The notes below the pieces were generated by a model that was given only the letters and a program-made list of their open reading frames with translations, was not told where the DNA came from and ran no database searches. A DNA stretch of 31,544 nt from an uncultured Candidatus Saccharibacteria bacterium. GTDB taxonomy: Bacteria; Patescibacteriota; Minisyncoccia; Minisyncoccales; Staskawiczbacteraceae. The position numbers were made by a program, and so were the translations under genes. Of this stretch, positions 7,935 to 15,958 are shown in pieces (position 1 is the first letter of the stretch; every line of letters starts with the position of its first letter). The stretch spans positions 1-31,544 of the forward strand of contig CAZYSZ010000002.1 of NCBI GenBank assembly GCA_964650025.1, given 5' to 3'.

Positions 7935-8839
7935 TATATTTCTAATAACAACACCTCCAACGCCAACTTGGCGCTGGCGTTGGTTTGTGAAATTTGCGCG
8001 TGCAAGGTTTCGATTAACCGAATAATATTTTTTAATTTTTCCAGCGTATACGCATTAGTAGATTCGGATGTCATTTGTAGATTGGTGTCGCTATTTATTC
8101 CTAATTTTATTAAAAGCAAATTCCTAAAATATCTCTGTAACACTTTTAAAATCACATCGGCGTTATCCCCCTCCAAGTTAACTTTTTTGGTATAGCCGAA
8201 TTTTTGCGCCAGCTCGCCCTGGATAATCGGCAACAATTCCTGCAACATTTTTTTATCCTGCACAGAAGCCTGATATTTTTCTTTAGGCAAAAACGTCAAA
8301 TATTGGCATCGGGAAAAAATCGTGGGCAGTAAATAATCTGGTTTTGAGGATAATAAGATAATCAACGTGTCGCCTTTGGGTTCTTCCAGGGTTTTTAAAA
8401 AACTGTTTTGGGCTTCCGTATTCATGCGCTCCGCGTTTTCAATCATCACCGCTTTATACTTTCCATAATAAGATTTAAAACTTAAAAAATAATTCACTTG
8501 CCGAATCTGCGCCACATCAATTTCCATCATATCCTTTTCATTTTTCACTGATGAATCGCTATTGATAGACTTTACCACCAACAAATCCGGAAAGGTTTCT
8601 TGGTTAATAAATTTACAACTTTGACACTCATTACAACCATTTTTAAAAGTACCATAAATCTGACGGCCGTCACTTTTATGGGACGCTTGGCAATTGATAA
8701 ATTTTACAAACTCTTTCGTAAACTCCTTTTTCCCCACCCCGTCCTGCCCCGAAAATAAATAAGCATGAGAAAGTTGCCCCGCCAAAAATTTCCCCCGCAA
8801 AAATTCCCAGTTTTTTTCGTGATTAATTTTTTCACTCAT
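7934..8839 (-). CDS. holB: DNA polymerase III delta-prime subunit (clamp loader)
   Basis: HAYLFSGQDGVGK, Cys cluster CQ...CNECQSC, AERMNTEAQNSFLKTLEEP and LLPTIFSRC. Confidence 0.9.
   Translation of the reverse strand: MSEKINHEKNWEFLRGKFLAGQLSHAYLFSGQDGVGKKEFTKEFVKFINCQASHKSDGRQIYGTFKNGCNECQSCKFINQETFPDLLVVKSINSDSSVKNEKDMMEIDVAQIRQVNYFLSFKSYYGKYKAVMIENAERMNTEAQNSFLKTLEEPKGDTLIILLSSKPDYLLPTIFSRCQYLTFLPKEKYQASVQDKKMLQELLPIIQGELAQKFGYTKKVNLEGDNADVILKVLQRYFRNLLLIKLGINSDTNLQMTSESTNAYTLEKLKNIIRLIETLHAQISQTNASAKLALEVLLLEI
8054..8092. repeat. Family D arm in frame inside holB
   Basis: attagtagattcggatgtcatttgtagattggtgtcgct is 34/39 identical to 10321-10359; encodes SDTNLQMTSESTN. Confidence 0.9.
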
Positions 8840-9731
8840 CTTCTTTTAAAAGTTTTCTGCCAACCCATGTATCAAATGTGCCAACCTTAGATAAGTTATA
8901 GAAAACATACGAAGACCCGCCTTTCATCTCTTTACTCTCTCCGCCTTCATTATAGATTAAACCGTCAAATCCTTTTTCCATGAGAAAATATGAAAAGAGA
9001 TCTGGGAACGGCCCCCCAGAAGGAAATTTATTCTCATCTTCAATATACGGGAAAAAATCATTATGGCCCCCGTCCTGTAATAATTGTCTTAAATCTACTT
9101 TTTGGGCATCCAAACATCTATCAAGATGCTGTATATAATCCGGCATCCAATCGCGGTCAAACTCGCCTGAATTTTTCATCTCTTCGTTTACTAACGACCC
9201 TTCTGTTTCAAGCCACTTAATAAATTTCTTTTTCCATTCCAGAATCAACTCTCTTGGCACGGGTGCGTTGGCATTTTGTTCACTTTTATCCCGAAAGTCA
9301 AACATTCTTGCCTGATAGGGATGTATTTTCTCCACTATGGCAGGAGTATTGTCGCCTGGATTTTGCTTTTGCCCATTAGCATAATATGTTCTAACTTTAC
9401 TATAAAGCCTTGCTTCAGATTCTTTATCAGTCACATAAAAACCCGACCCTAAATTTTGGGGCGTATCACCATAGTGATCATAATTTCCTTTTTCATCCAT
9501 CTTGCGTCGGTGGCGCCGGTAATAGTCCATGTTATCCTGAAAATCTATTTTTCTGTGAGTGCCATGAAAAAGCAGATCCGGCGAATTTTCAAAATCCTCC
9601 AAAGTCATTTCCGACGGATCTTTTTCGCCAAGAACCCTAAGCCCCACCGCCTCTCTAATTTCAGACTGCTCCTTTTCTAGTTGAGACTCTTCCGGCAAAT
9701 CCCGACTATTTTGTATTTCACCTTCCGCCAT
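8832..9731 (-). CDS. Putative ADP-ribosyltransferase-fold protein (ART-PolyVal-like)
   Basis: LFHGT ... GSGFYVT...ARLYS ... GFDGLIY ... YVFYN pattern recognised by eye; stop overlaps the holB start (ATGAGTGA). Confidence 0.55.
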   Translation of the reverse strand: MAEGEIQNSRDLPEESQLEKEQSEIREAVGLRVLGEKDPSEMTLEDFENSPDLLFHGTHRKIDFQDNMDYYRRHRRKMDEKGNYDHYGDTPQNLGSGFYVTDKESEARLYSKVRTYYANGQKQNPGDNTPAIVEKIHPYQARMFDFRDKSEQNANAPVPRELILEWKKKFIKWLETEGSLVNEEMKNSGEFDRDWMPDYIQHLDRCLDAQKVDLRQLLQDGGHNDFFPYIEDENKFPSGGPFPDLFSYFLMEKGFDGLIYNEGGESKEMKGGSSYVFYNLSKVGTFDTWVGRKLLKEDE

Positions 9732-9823
9732 AACAATTTAGTTGATTAGTAATTTAAAACTGCCAAGTTTTTTTTCGTGGTCCATGTAAACATCTTAACA
9801 AAGTTAAGGGAGCAATAAAAGAG

Positions 9824-9889
9824 TTGACAAGTAACATAAATGGGGTTATACTTAAGACTAATATCGAAACCCACCCTAACCCTAAGGAG
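9824..9889 (+). promoter_or_regulatory. Sigma70 promoter and SD of an accessory cassette
   Basis: TTGACA (9824)-17 nt-TATACT (9847); TAAGGAG at 9883-9889. Confidence 0.8.
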
Positions 9890-9895
9890 TTTGCT

Positions 9896-10189
9896 ATGAA
9901 CACAATGACGATGGCAATGCTCTTGATTCCTGGCGATGGAATCATGAACGGATTCTGCTACAACTACTCCAAGGCACTTCTTGAAAAACTCAAAGAGCTA
10001 CGTGAGAAAAAGCGCCTTTTCAAACCAGGCCCAGGAGGTTGCACGACAACAATCGCCGAAGCAGTGATTCGCCAACTTGGAAATCAGGGAGGATTCTCCA
10101 TTGCGCCACGCACCAACGATGACAAGGACGTGGTTGAACTAATCCAGGCCACTGAAGAGTTCCTTAGTATATTCAAAAAGGAAGATTAG
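9896..10189 (+). CDS. Hypothetical 97 aa protein (start revised to the ATG after the SD)
   Basis: In frame with ORF 9824..10189; bounded by promoter, SD and terminator. Confidence 0.7.
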   Translation: MNTMTMAMLLIPGDGIMNGFCYNYSKALLEKLKELREKKRLFKPGPGGCTTTIAEAVIRQLGNQGGFSIAPRTNDDKDVVELIQATEEFLSIFKKED

Positions 10190-10200
10190 TGGCAGAGAAT

Positions 10201-10236
10201 AAAAAAGCCCGCGGACATCAGTTCGCGGGCTATTTT
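10201..10236. terminator. Intrinsic terminator of the cassette
   Basis: aaaaaa-gcccgcg...cgcgggc-tatttt. Confidence 0.75.
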
Positions 10237-10253
10237 CTTACACACCATTACTT

Positions 10254-10287
10254 AGATTGCCGCGTCGCTTCGGCTCCTCGCAATGAC
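10254..10287. repeat. Half copy of a widespread palindromic repeat type (GAGATTGC...CTCGCAATGAC; RPE/REP-like)
   Basis: agattgccgcgtcgcttcggctcctcgcaatgac; family assignment from recall, single copy in the window. Confidence 0.55.
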
Positions 10288-10288
10288 G

Positions 10289-10320
10289 AAAAAAGGCGCG
10301 CCCGCGGGCGCGCCTTTTTT
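10289..10320. terminator. 32-bp perfect palindrome, likely the mreB2 terminator
   Basis: aaaaaaggcgcgcccg|cgggcgcgcctttttt. Confidence 0.75.
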
Positions 10321-10359
10321 ATTCGTAGATTCGAATGTGATTAGTAGATTGGTGTCGCC
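10321..10359. repeat. Family D single arm
   Basis: 37/39 identical to the reverse complement of 12758-12796; abuts the mreB2 stop. Confidence 0.9.
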
Positions 10360-11367
10360 TTATTTTTTCGACATAACAACTTTTTTATACTCCTCCAAAT
10401 GCTCTAAAACAATCCCCGTTCCTCGGATTACACAAAACAATGGCTCATCGGCGATAAAACAGGGCACGCCGGTTGATTGCGCCACCAGTTCGTTGATTTT
10501 TGGAAGCAGTGCTCCTCCGCCGGCCATAATGATGCCTTTGTTCATGATGTCGGCGGAAAGTTCCGGCGGAGTTTCGGATAATACGTGTTTGGCGGCTTGG
10601 ATAATTTCGGCCAAGACATCGGAAATGGCTTCGCAGACTTCGTTGTTGGAAATTTTAATATTTCTTGGCAAACCCAAAATCATGTCCCTGCCCTGAATTT
10701 CCATAAATCGCAGTTCTTTTTGTGGCAGAGCCGTGCCCACTTTTATCTTTATTTCTTCAGCACTTTGCGTACCAATTGCCAAATTATATTTTTTCTTAAT
10801 GTACTCGGCAATCGCGGTATCAATTTTATCGCCCGCCACCCTTACAGAATGGGCCGTCACAATTCCGCCCAAAGAAATAACTGCCACTTCCGACGTGCCA
10901 CCGCCAATATCAATAATCATATGACCGCTGGATGAGTTTATAGGAATACCCGCGCCAATGGCGGCTAAAATCGGCTCTTTGGCCACAAAGGCTTGGCGCG
11001 CTCCGGCCGACATGGCGGCTTCAATTACCGCCCGCCTTTCGGTGGAAGTAATTCCCGCCGGTACCGAAATCACTAATTCTGGTTTTAAAAATTTAAAATT
11101 GCTGGAAGTTTTTTTGATAAAATGGCGCATCATCGCCTGGGTGACCTTGTAATCAGCAATCACGCCGTCTTTTAACGGCCGATACACCTTAATATCCGCA
11201 GGTGTGCGCCCGATCATTTCCTTGGCCTGCTCCCCCACCGCCAAAATTTTATTGTCAGACAAAGACACCGCCACCACAGACGGTTCGTTTAAAACGATCC
11301 CCTTACCCCTAACATAGACCAGGGAGTTACAAGTTCCAAGGTCAATGGCGATACGATTGTTGAACAT
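10360..11367 (-). CDS. mreB: MreB/Mbl paralog (copy 2; start revised to MFNNRIAIDLG)
   Basis: AIDLGTCN, EPSVVA, KEPILAAIGA, IDIGGGTSEVA and MAGGGALL. Confidence 0.95.
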   Translation of the reverse strand: MFNNRIAIDLGTCNSLVYVRGKGIVLNEPSVVAVSLSDNKILAVGEQAKEMIGRTPADIKVYRPLKDGVIADYKVTQAMMRHFIKKTSSNFKFLKPELVISVPAGITSTERRAVIEAAMSAGARQAFVAKEPILAAIGAGIPINSSSGHMIIDIGGGTSEVAVISLGGIVTAHSVRVAGDKIDTAIAEYIKKKYNLAIGTQSAEEIKIKVGTALPQKELRFMEIQGRDMILGLPRNIKISNNEVCEAISDVLAEIIQAAKHVLSETPPELSADIMNKGIIMAGGGALLPKINELVAQSTGVPCFIADEPLFCVIRGTGIVLEHLEEYKKVVMSKK

Positions 11368-11375
11368 GCTAACGA

Positions 11376-11488
11376 AATTTTTAATTTCCAATTTTTAATT
11401 TTTAAATAATTTCTAAATTTTCAAATGTTTAAAAATTAGCACATTAAAAAATTATTTAAAAATTACAAAATTAAAAATTGGAAAAATT
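11376..11488. repeat. AT-only periodic hairpin between murA and mreB2
   Basis: ttccaatttttaatttt...aaataatt pairs with aattattt...aaaattaaaaattggaa. Confidence 0.7.
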
Positions 11489-12749
11489 AAGCACTAACTC
11501 TCTTAATGTCGGCTCCCAGTTTCTGCAACCTCTCTTCTATTTTTTCGTATCCCCTGTCAATATGATGTACGTCATTTATAACTGTTTTTCCTTCGGCCAT
11601 CAAGCCGGCCAAAATCAAAACGGCGCCGGCGCGAACGTCTAAAGAATTTACGCCAACACCTTGCATCTGTTGCGGGCCGAAAACAAACGCCCGGTGCGGA
11701 TCTACCACTTCAATGTCGGCTCCCATTTTTTTTAATTCGTGCATATAGCCAAACCGGCCTTCATACAACGGGTCATGGATTAAACTTTTGCCTTCTGCCC
11801 GCGTTAAAATCGTCACCATCATGGGCAACAAATCCGTCGGAAAACCCGGATGCGGCAACGCCTGGACTTTGGCGGCAGTTAATTTTGGGGAATAAAACAC
11901 CGTCACACAATTTTCCCCTTTTTCAAAAATCACGCCAATTTCTTTTATTTTTTCCAAAAATAAATCCAGGTATTCAAAATCAATATTCTTTACCGTAACT
12001 TTTCCCGGAGTCAGCGCACCAATAACAATAAACGTTCCGGCCTCCAAGTGATCAGAAACAACTTGGTGCTCACAGCCATGTAAAGATTCCGCGCCTTCAA
12101 TTTCCAATACATGCGTTCCATTGCCTTTTATGTTGGCGCCCATGGAAATTAACATGCGCCCCAAGTCCTGCACCGAAGATTCCGACGCTGCGCCCTTGAT
12201 AACCGTTTTACCTTTGGCAAGCACTGCCGCCAACATTAAAGCTTCCGTGGCAGTTGGTGAAAACTCGCTTAATACGATATGAGCCCCTTTTAATTCTTCC
12301 CGATACACATTATACACATCGCCATCCTTTTTTATTTTAGCCCCCAACTTTTCCAAAGCTGAAAGCTGGATGTTAATCGGTCGGATGCCAATTTTATCCC
12401 CCCCAGGCGCAGAAAATTGAAAGTAGTGAAACCGCGTTAACAACGCCCCAACAAATACCACCGACATACGGGTTTTAGAAAACTTTTCAAAATCCATTTT
12501 TTCCACATCAATATTATCAGCTTTAAATTTTACTTTTCTTTCCGTCAGATACTCAACGCTAACCCCCAGGCTTTTTAAAATATCAATTTGATTTTTAACG
12601 TCGGAAATTAACGGTAAATTATCCAACACGCATTCTTGGCGCGTAAGCAAAACCGCCGCCAGGCAAGGCCCCGCCGCATTTTTGGATCCGCGTACTTCAA
12701 TTTCCCCCTCTAAATCCCGTCCGCCATGGATAACGAATTTATCTGACAC
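11487..12749 (-). CDS. murA: UDP-N-acetylglucosamine 1-carboxyvinyltransferase
   Basis: GSKNAA, PGGD-IG-RP loop, PHPGFPTD, LYEGRF, DVRAG and HIDRGYE; GTG start. Confidence 0.96.
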   Translation of the reverse strand: MSDKFVIHGGRDLEGEIEVRGSKNAAGPCLAAVLLTRQECVLDNLPLISDVKNQIDILKSLGVSVEYLTERKVKFKADNIDVEKMDFEKFSKTRMSVVFVGALLTRFHYFQFSAPGGDKIGIRPINIQLSALEKLGAKIKKDGDVYNVYREELKGAHIVLSEFSPTATEALMLAAVLAKGKTVIKGAASESSVQDLGRMLISMGANIKGNGTHVLEIEGAESLHGCEHQVVSDHLEAGTFIVIGALTPGKVTVKNIDFEYLDLFLEKIKEIGVIFEKGENCVTVFYSPKLTAAKVQALPHPGFPTDLLPMMVTILTRAEGKSLIHDPLYEGRFGYMHELKKMGADIEVVDPHRAFVFGPQQMQGVGVNSLDVRAGAVLILAGLMAEGKTVINDVHHIDRGYEKIEERLQKLGADIKRVSA

Positions 12750-12757
12750 TTCGTTTA

Positions 12758-12849
12758 AGCGACACCAATCTACTAATCACATCCGAATCTACGAATTTCA
12801 CATCGTTTTTATTAGCAGATTCGCATGTTATTCGTATATTAGGGTCGCT
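12758..12849. repeat. Family D full two-arm hairpin in the predicted murA 5' leader
   Basis: AGCGAC...GTCGCT termini; 39-nt arms at 12758-12796 and 12811-12849. Confidence 0.9.
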
Positions 12850-12864
12850 ATTGATTACTCAATA

Positions 12865-12926
12865 ATACTATTCGCTTTCCCCGTTTATGTCAAATATTTG
12901 ACATAAGATATTTTTTATGATAGGGT
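12865..12926. promoter_or_regulatory. Back-to-back divergent sigma70 promoters (murA and Nudix operon)
   Basis: Minus: TTGACA (12893-12888)-17-TAGTAT (12870-12865). Plus: TTGACA (12898)-17-TAGGGT (12921) with extended TG. Central 22-bp perfect palindrome at 12885-12906. Confidence 0.75.
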
Positions 12927-12992
12927 TTGACCAGGAAGTCTTGAGTGTTTCAGGACTGATTGTTGACAATTCGCCCAATTGGAGATTGTTTC

Positions 12993-13520
12993 ATGGGTAA
13001 AGCATTGGCGACGACTGGTGTTTTTGGCATTCCGGCCAAAATTGTCGATGGAAAGGTGCGCATCAAGGTGAATGTGCGTACCGATCAAGAGAAACAAAAA
13101 GATACCGCAAAACTACCGAAAGACTCCACGGTCTTACTCGTTGACTGCCCGGGCGGAGGACGTCAAAACAAAGAAACCAAGGGAGATGCGCTCCGACGCG
13201 AAATCTTCGAAGAAACCGGCGGATGCACCATCACACTGACGGGCAATTTTTCGCCCGATCCCGATCTGGACCTGATCAAAGACGGCACTACGGAAAGTCC
13301 CGATGATTACGCCTTCTGGGCGCCTATCGTTTTGCATGGCGACCCAAAACCATCCAATGAAGCACTGGATCACCCCTGGGTTTCCCGAGAAGAATTGGAA
13401 ACCGCCACCAAGTACCGCGCTGTTTCCGGCCTGGGACTGAAAGGCCGGACCGGTCGCATGATGGTTGCCGCCCTGGACTTCTACGAGGCCAACAAAGACA
13501 AACCTGAACTGTTTTCGTAA
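12993..13520 (+). CDS. Nudix hydrolase (start revised to the ATG after GGAG)
   Basis: Intact box PGGGRQNKETKGDALRREIFEETGG. Confidence 0.85.
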   Translation: MGKALATTGVFGIPAKIVDGKVRIKVNVRTDQEKQKDTAKLPKDSTVLLVDCPGGGRQNKETKGDALRREIFEETGGCTITLTGNFSPDPDLDLIKDGTTESPDDYAFWAPIVLHGDPKPSNEALDHPWVSREELETATKYRAVSGLGLKGRTGRMMVAALDFYEANKDKPELFS

Positions 13521-13528
13521 CCCAATCC

Positions 13529-13562
13529 GGCCACGTGAAGTTTTGCAAAACTTCACGTGGCC
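13529..13562. other. 34-bp perfect palindrome between the Nudix and DUF218 genes
   Basis: ggccacgtgaagttttg|caaaacttcacgtggcc followed by attttttt. Confidence 0.85.
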
Positions 13563-13586
13563 ATTTTTTTCAAAAAGGAGACTCTC

Positions 13587-14339
13587 GTGCAAAAGCTGAA
13601 TTGCCTTATTGTGGTGGGCTCGCGCATTGGTTTAAACGAGCAAAACCAAATGGTTTGCGCAAAGCACACCGAAATGAAAGCCCATGCTGCCGGTATCGCC
13701 TGGCAGGAAAAGCTGACAGAAAAATTCCTGTTCACAGGTGGGCATTGCATTGGCGTACGTTATGCTCGCGATCTTTCCGTGCCTACGTTCGGTTCACCCG
13801 AATCGACCCTCCAGGCTAATTATTCCGAGACCGCGAAAATGCTGGCACACTGGCACCGCTCCGAAGCCAGCGTGATGGCCGAACTGGTGCGTAAGGACTA
13901 CGCCGTTCCGCCATACGCCATCGTACTGGAAGAAGATTCCGAAACCACCGCCCAAAACGCCGAATTTTGCAGAGACATTATCTGTGGAATGTTTGGTGAA
14001 AAACCCGATGGCATTAGCGTTGGCATCCTCTCCCTGCTCTACCATATGCAACGGGCAATGCAAGAATTCTGCACTGCTTTCGCCAGCATCGCCAACCTGG
14101 AAAATATCCAGCCGGTCTTTGCCGAAGAAATTCTGGCGATGTCGGACTTTAAGCAGTACGAACGTGTGCCGATGCACACCATGGACGATTTTCCTGTTCT
14201 TTCTAACATTGACCATATCTGCAAGTACTACTCAACGCCCAAAGGCGGCAACCAGTACGACACAGATCGCATTCGGAAGCTTCTGGTCGATGGCAAGTCT
14301 CTCGAAGAACTGATGCAACCCGACAAACCTACTCATTAA
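13587..14339 (+). CDS. DUF218 (YdcF/ElyC/SanA-like) protein (GTG start after AAAGGAG)
   Basis: LIVVGS, LFTGG, EASVMAE, LEEDSETTAQNAEF and YHMQRA motifs. Confidence 0.8.
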   Translation: MQKLNCLIVVGSRIGLNEQNQMVCAKHTEMKAHAAGIAWQEKLTEKFLFTGGHCIGVRYARDLSVPTFGSPESTLQANYSETAKMLAHWHRSEASVMAELVRKDYAVPPYAIVLEEDSETTAQNAEFCRDIICGMFGEKPDGISVGILSLLYHMQRAMQEFCTAFASIANLENIQPVFAEEILAMSDFKQYERVPMHTMDDFPVLSNIDHICKYYSTPKGGNQYDTDRIRKLLVDGKSLEELMQPDKPTH

Positions 14340-14393
14340 AAAGTAGTACAAAAAGTAAACGTTTGCAATTTGTTCTACTTTTTACCAACAATG

Positions 14394-14433
14394 AAAAAGC
14401 CCCGCGATCGTAAAAGATCGGGGGCTTGTTTTT
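14394..14433. terminator. Bidirectional terminator between convergent accessory genes
   Basis: aaaaagccccgcgatc...gatcgggggcttgttttt. Confidence 0.75.
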
Positions 14434-15156
14434 TTACTTGGCAAAGTCATGTTTTGGAACCCAGCCAAACGGATTTGACCAAGCGTGGACTCTGCCGGTG
14501 TTATTTGAAACACCGTTAACGATGCAAAAATTTTCCGGAACCGACGGCGCGTCGATGCAGGCATTAATCAAGCTGGCGCAATCTTGGGTATGCAACCAGA
14601 TTTTTTCGGCCAGCGGTTCTTCGCGGAGCTGATTGTCAAGTGTCACTCCGCCAAAGCGGATACAGATGACTTCCAGTCCATACTTGGTAGCGCAATAATA
14701 TCTACCGAGAGCTTCGACGTATAGTTTGCTGACACCATACAAACTGTCGGGAACGGGATTCCCCTGATTGGGCGAAAGACCAAATGGAGTTTGCGGTTTG
14801 TAAAACCGCGCATCCGCGTGAATTGAGCTGGCCATGATCAACCGCGGAACCTTAGCTTCAACTGCCGCCCGATAAACGTTTTCGGCCATCAACTTATTTT
14901 CGGGCGCAACCCTGTCGGATTTCCAGTTTTCCACGCGAGTGTTCCAGCCAAGGTGAATGACCGCATCCTTGTTTTGCAGATGCTGTTTTAATCCATCGTA
15001 ATCATTGGCAACGTCAAGGTTAAACACCTTCTTGCCAATTTGGTTTGGCATGACACAATCCAAAAAAGTGAAGGAAAACACTTCCCTCAATTCCATAAAA
15101 ATAACACTCGCAATACTGCCACTACCGCCAGTAACTACCACAAACTTTCTTTTCAT
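14434..15156 (-). CDS. NAD-dependent epimerase/dehydratase (extended SDR)
   Basis: VVTGGSG glycine motif, ASS, YGVSK (YxxxK) and IRFG; SD AAGGAG upstream. Confidence 0.88.
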   Translation of the reverse strand: MKRKFVVVTGGSGSIASVIFMELREVFSFTFLDCVMPNQIGKKVFNLDVANDYDGLKQHLQNKDAVIHLGWNTRVENWKSDRVAPENKLMAENVYRAAVEAKVPRLIMASSIHADARFYKPQTPFGLSPNQGNPVPDSLYGVSKLYVEALGRYYCATKYGLEVICIRFGGVTLDNQLREEPLAEKIWLHTQDCASLINACIDAPSVPENFCIVNGVSNNTGRVHAWSNPFGWVPKHDFAK

Positions 15157-15207
15157 GACTTCTCCTTGTTTTGAAAGTAATAACCGCTTATAATACTAGT
15201 ATAAAAT

Positions 15208-15885
15208 ATGAGAAAATTCAACCTATTAGTCAGCATCACCGGGCGGACTCCGCAGGAGTGGCAGGATAAATTACAGGAAATTGTAAATCTTAACATAAAG
15301 GAGGTAGCTTTGTTTTTGGAGTTTTATAAACCTGCTGAAAAGCAGAAAATTTATGATGCGCTATTGCACTCCCCCATCAAAAAAATTCCATTGGTGCATT
15401 TGCGACATGACATGAAAAAGGACGAACTGGCATTTTTACAAAAAAACTTTGGAACCAAATACTTTACCTGCCATGAAGAAAATTTTGCGCGCCATGATGT
15501 CCAGCACTGGAAAGGGTTTTATAAAGACATTTATTTGGAAATGAATTTTGATAACTTTGTTTCTAAAACTGTAAAAGTGGAAAACATCGGCGGATTCTGT
15601 GTTGATCTGGCGCATTTTAAGGTGGGGTTGGAAAAGTTATCCAAAGATTTTAAATATGTTTTTGACCGCAAGGGTAAAAAGCTGTTCACCTGCAACCACC
15701 TTAATGGCTGGAATTCAGAAAAAAATGTTGACATGCATACCATAAAAAATCCGGCCGATTTTGACTACCTAAAAACCCTCCCTGATTTTGTTTTTGGAAA
15801 ATATATTGCACTGGAAACATTTAATTCTATTAAGGAACAATTGGAGTTTAAAAGGTATCTTGCAATGATGTTAAAGGAAAAATAA
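15208..15885 (+). CDS. Hypothetical protein, possible xylose-isomerase-like TIM barrel
   Basis: 225 aa; candidate metal ligands in YLEM, VDLAHF, NHLNG and IALE. Confidence 0.5.
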   Translation: MRKFNLLVSITGRTPQEWQDKLQEIVNLNIKEVALFLEFYKPAEKQKIYDALLHSPIKKIPLVHLRHDMKKDELAFLQKNFGTKYFTCHEENFARHDVQHWKGFYKDIYLEMNFDNFVSKTVKVENIGGFCVDLAHFKVGLEKLSKDFKYVFDRKGKKLFTCNHLNGWNSEKNVDMHTIKNPADFDYLKTLPDFVFGKYIALETFNSIKEQLEFKRYLAMMLKEK

Positions 15886-15923
15886 TTCGTAAAATTACGC
15901 GTTACGGATTATGTTTTAGCCCA

Positions 15924-15952
15924 TTGAAATATGGCTGTTTTTTTGCTAGGAT
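15924..15952 (+). promoter_or_regulatory. Leaderless-type promoter
   Basis: TTGAAA-17-TAGGAT with extended TG; ATG at 15959, 6 nt downstream. Confidence 0.6.
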
Positions 15953-15958
15953 GTGGGC

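Noticed and set aside
3301-14433. Cassette 3' hairpins as integron attC sites
   Set aside because: No RYYYAAC/GTTRRRY core pair with L boxes, no tandem array and no integrase; they look like ordinary terminators
15171-15207. Promoter pair for the epimerase and the 15208 gene
   Set aside because: Several overlapping -10-like hexamers exist, but no -35 at a credible spacing, so no specific call is supportable
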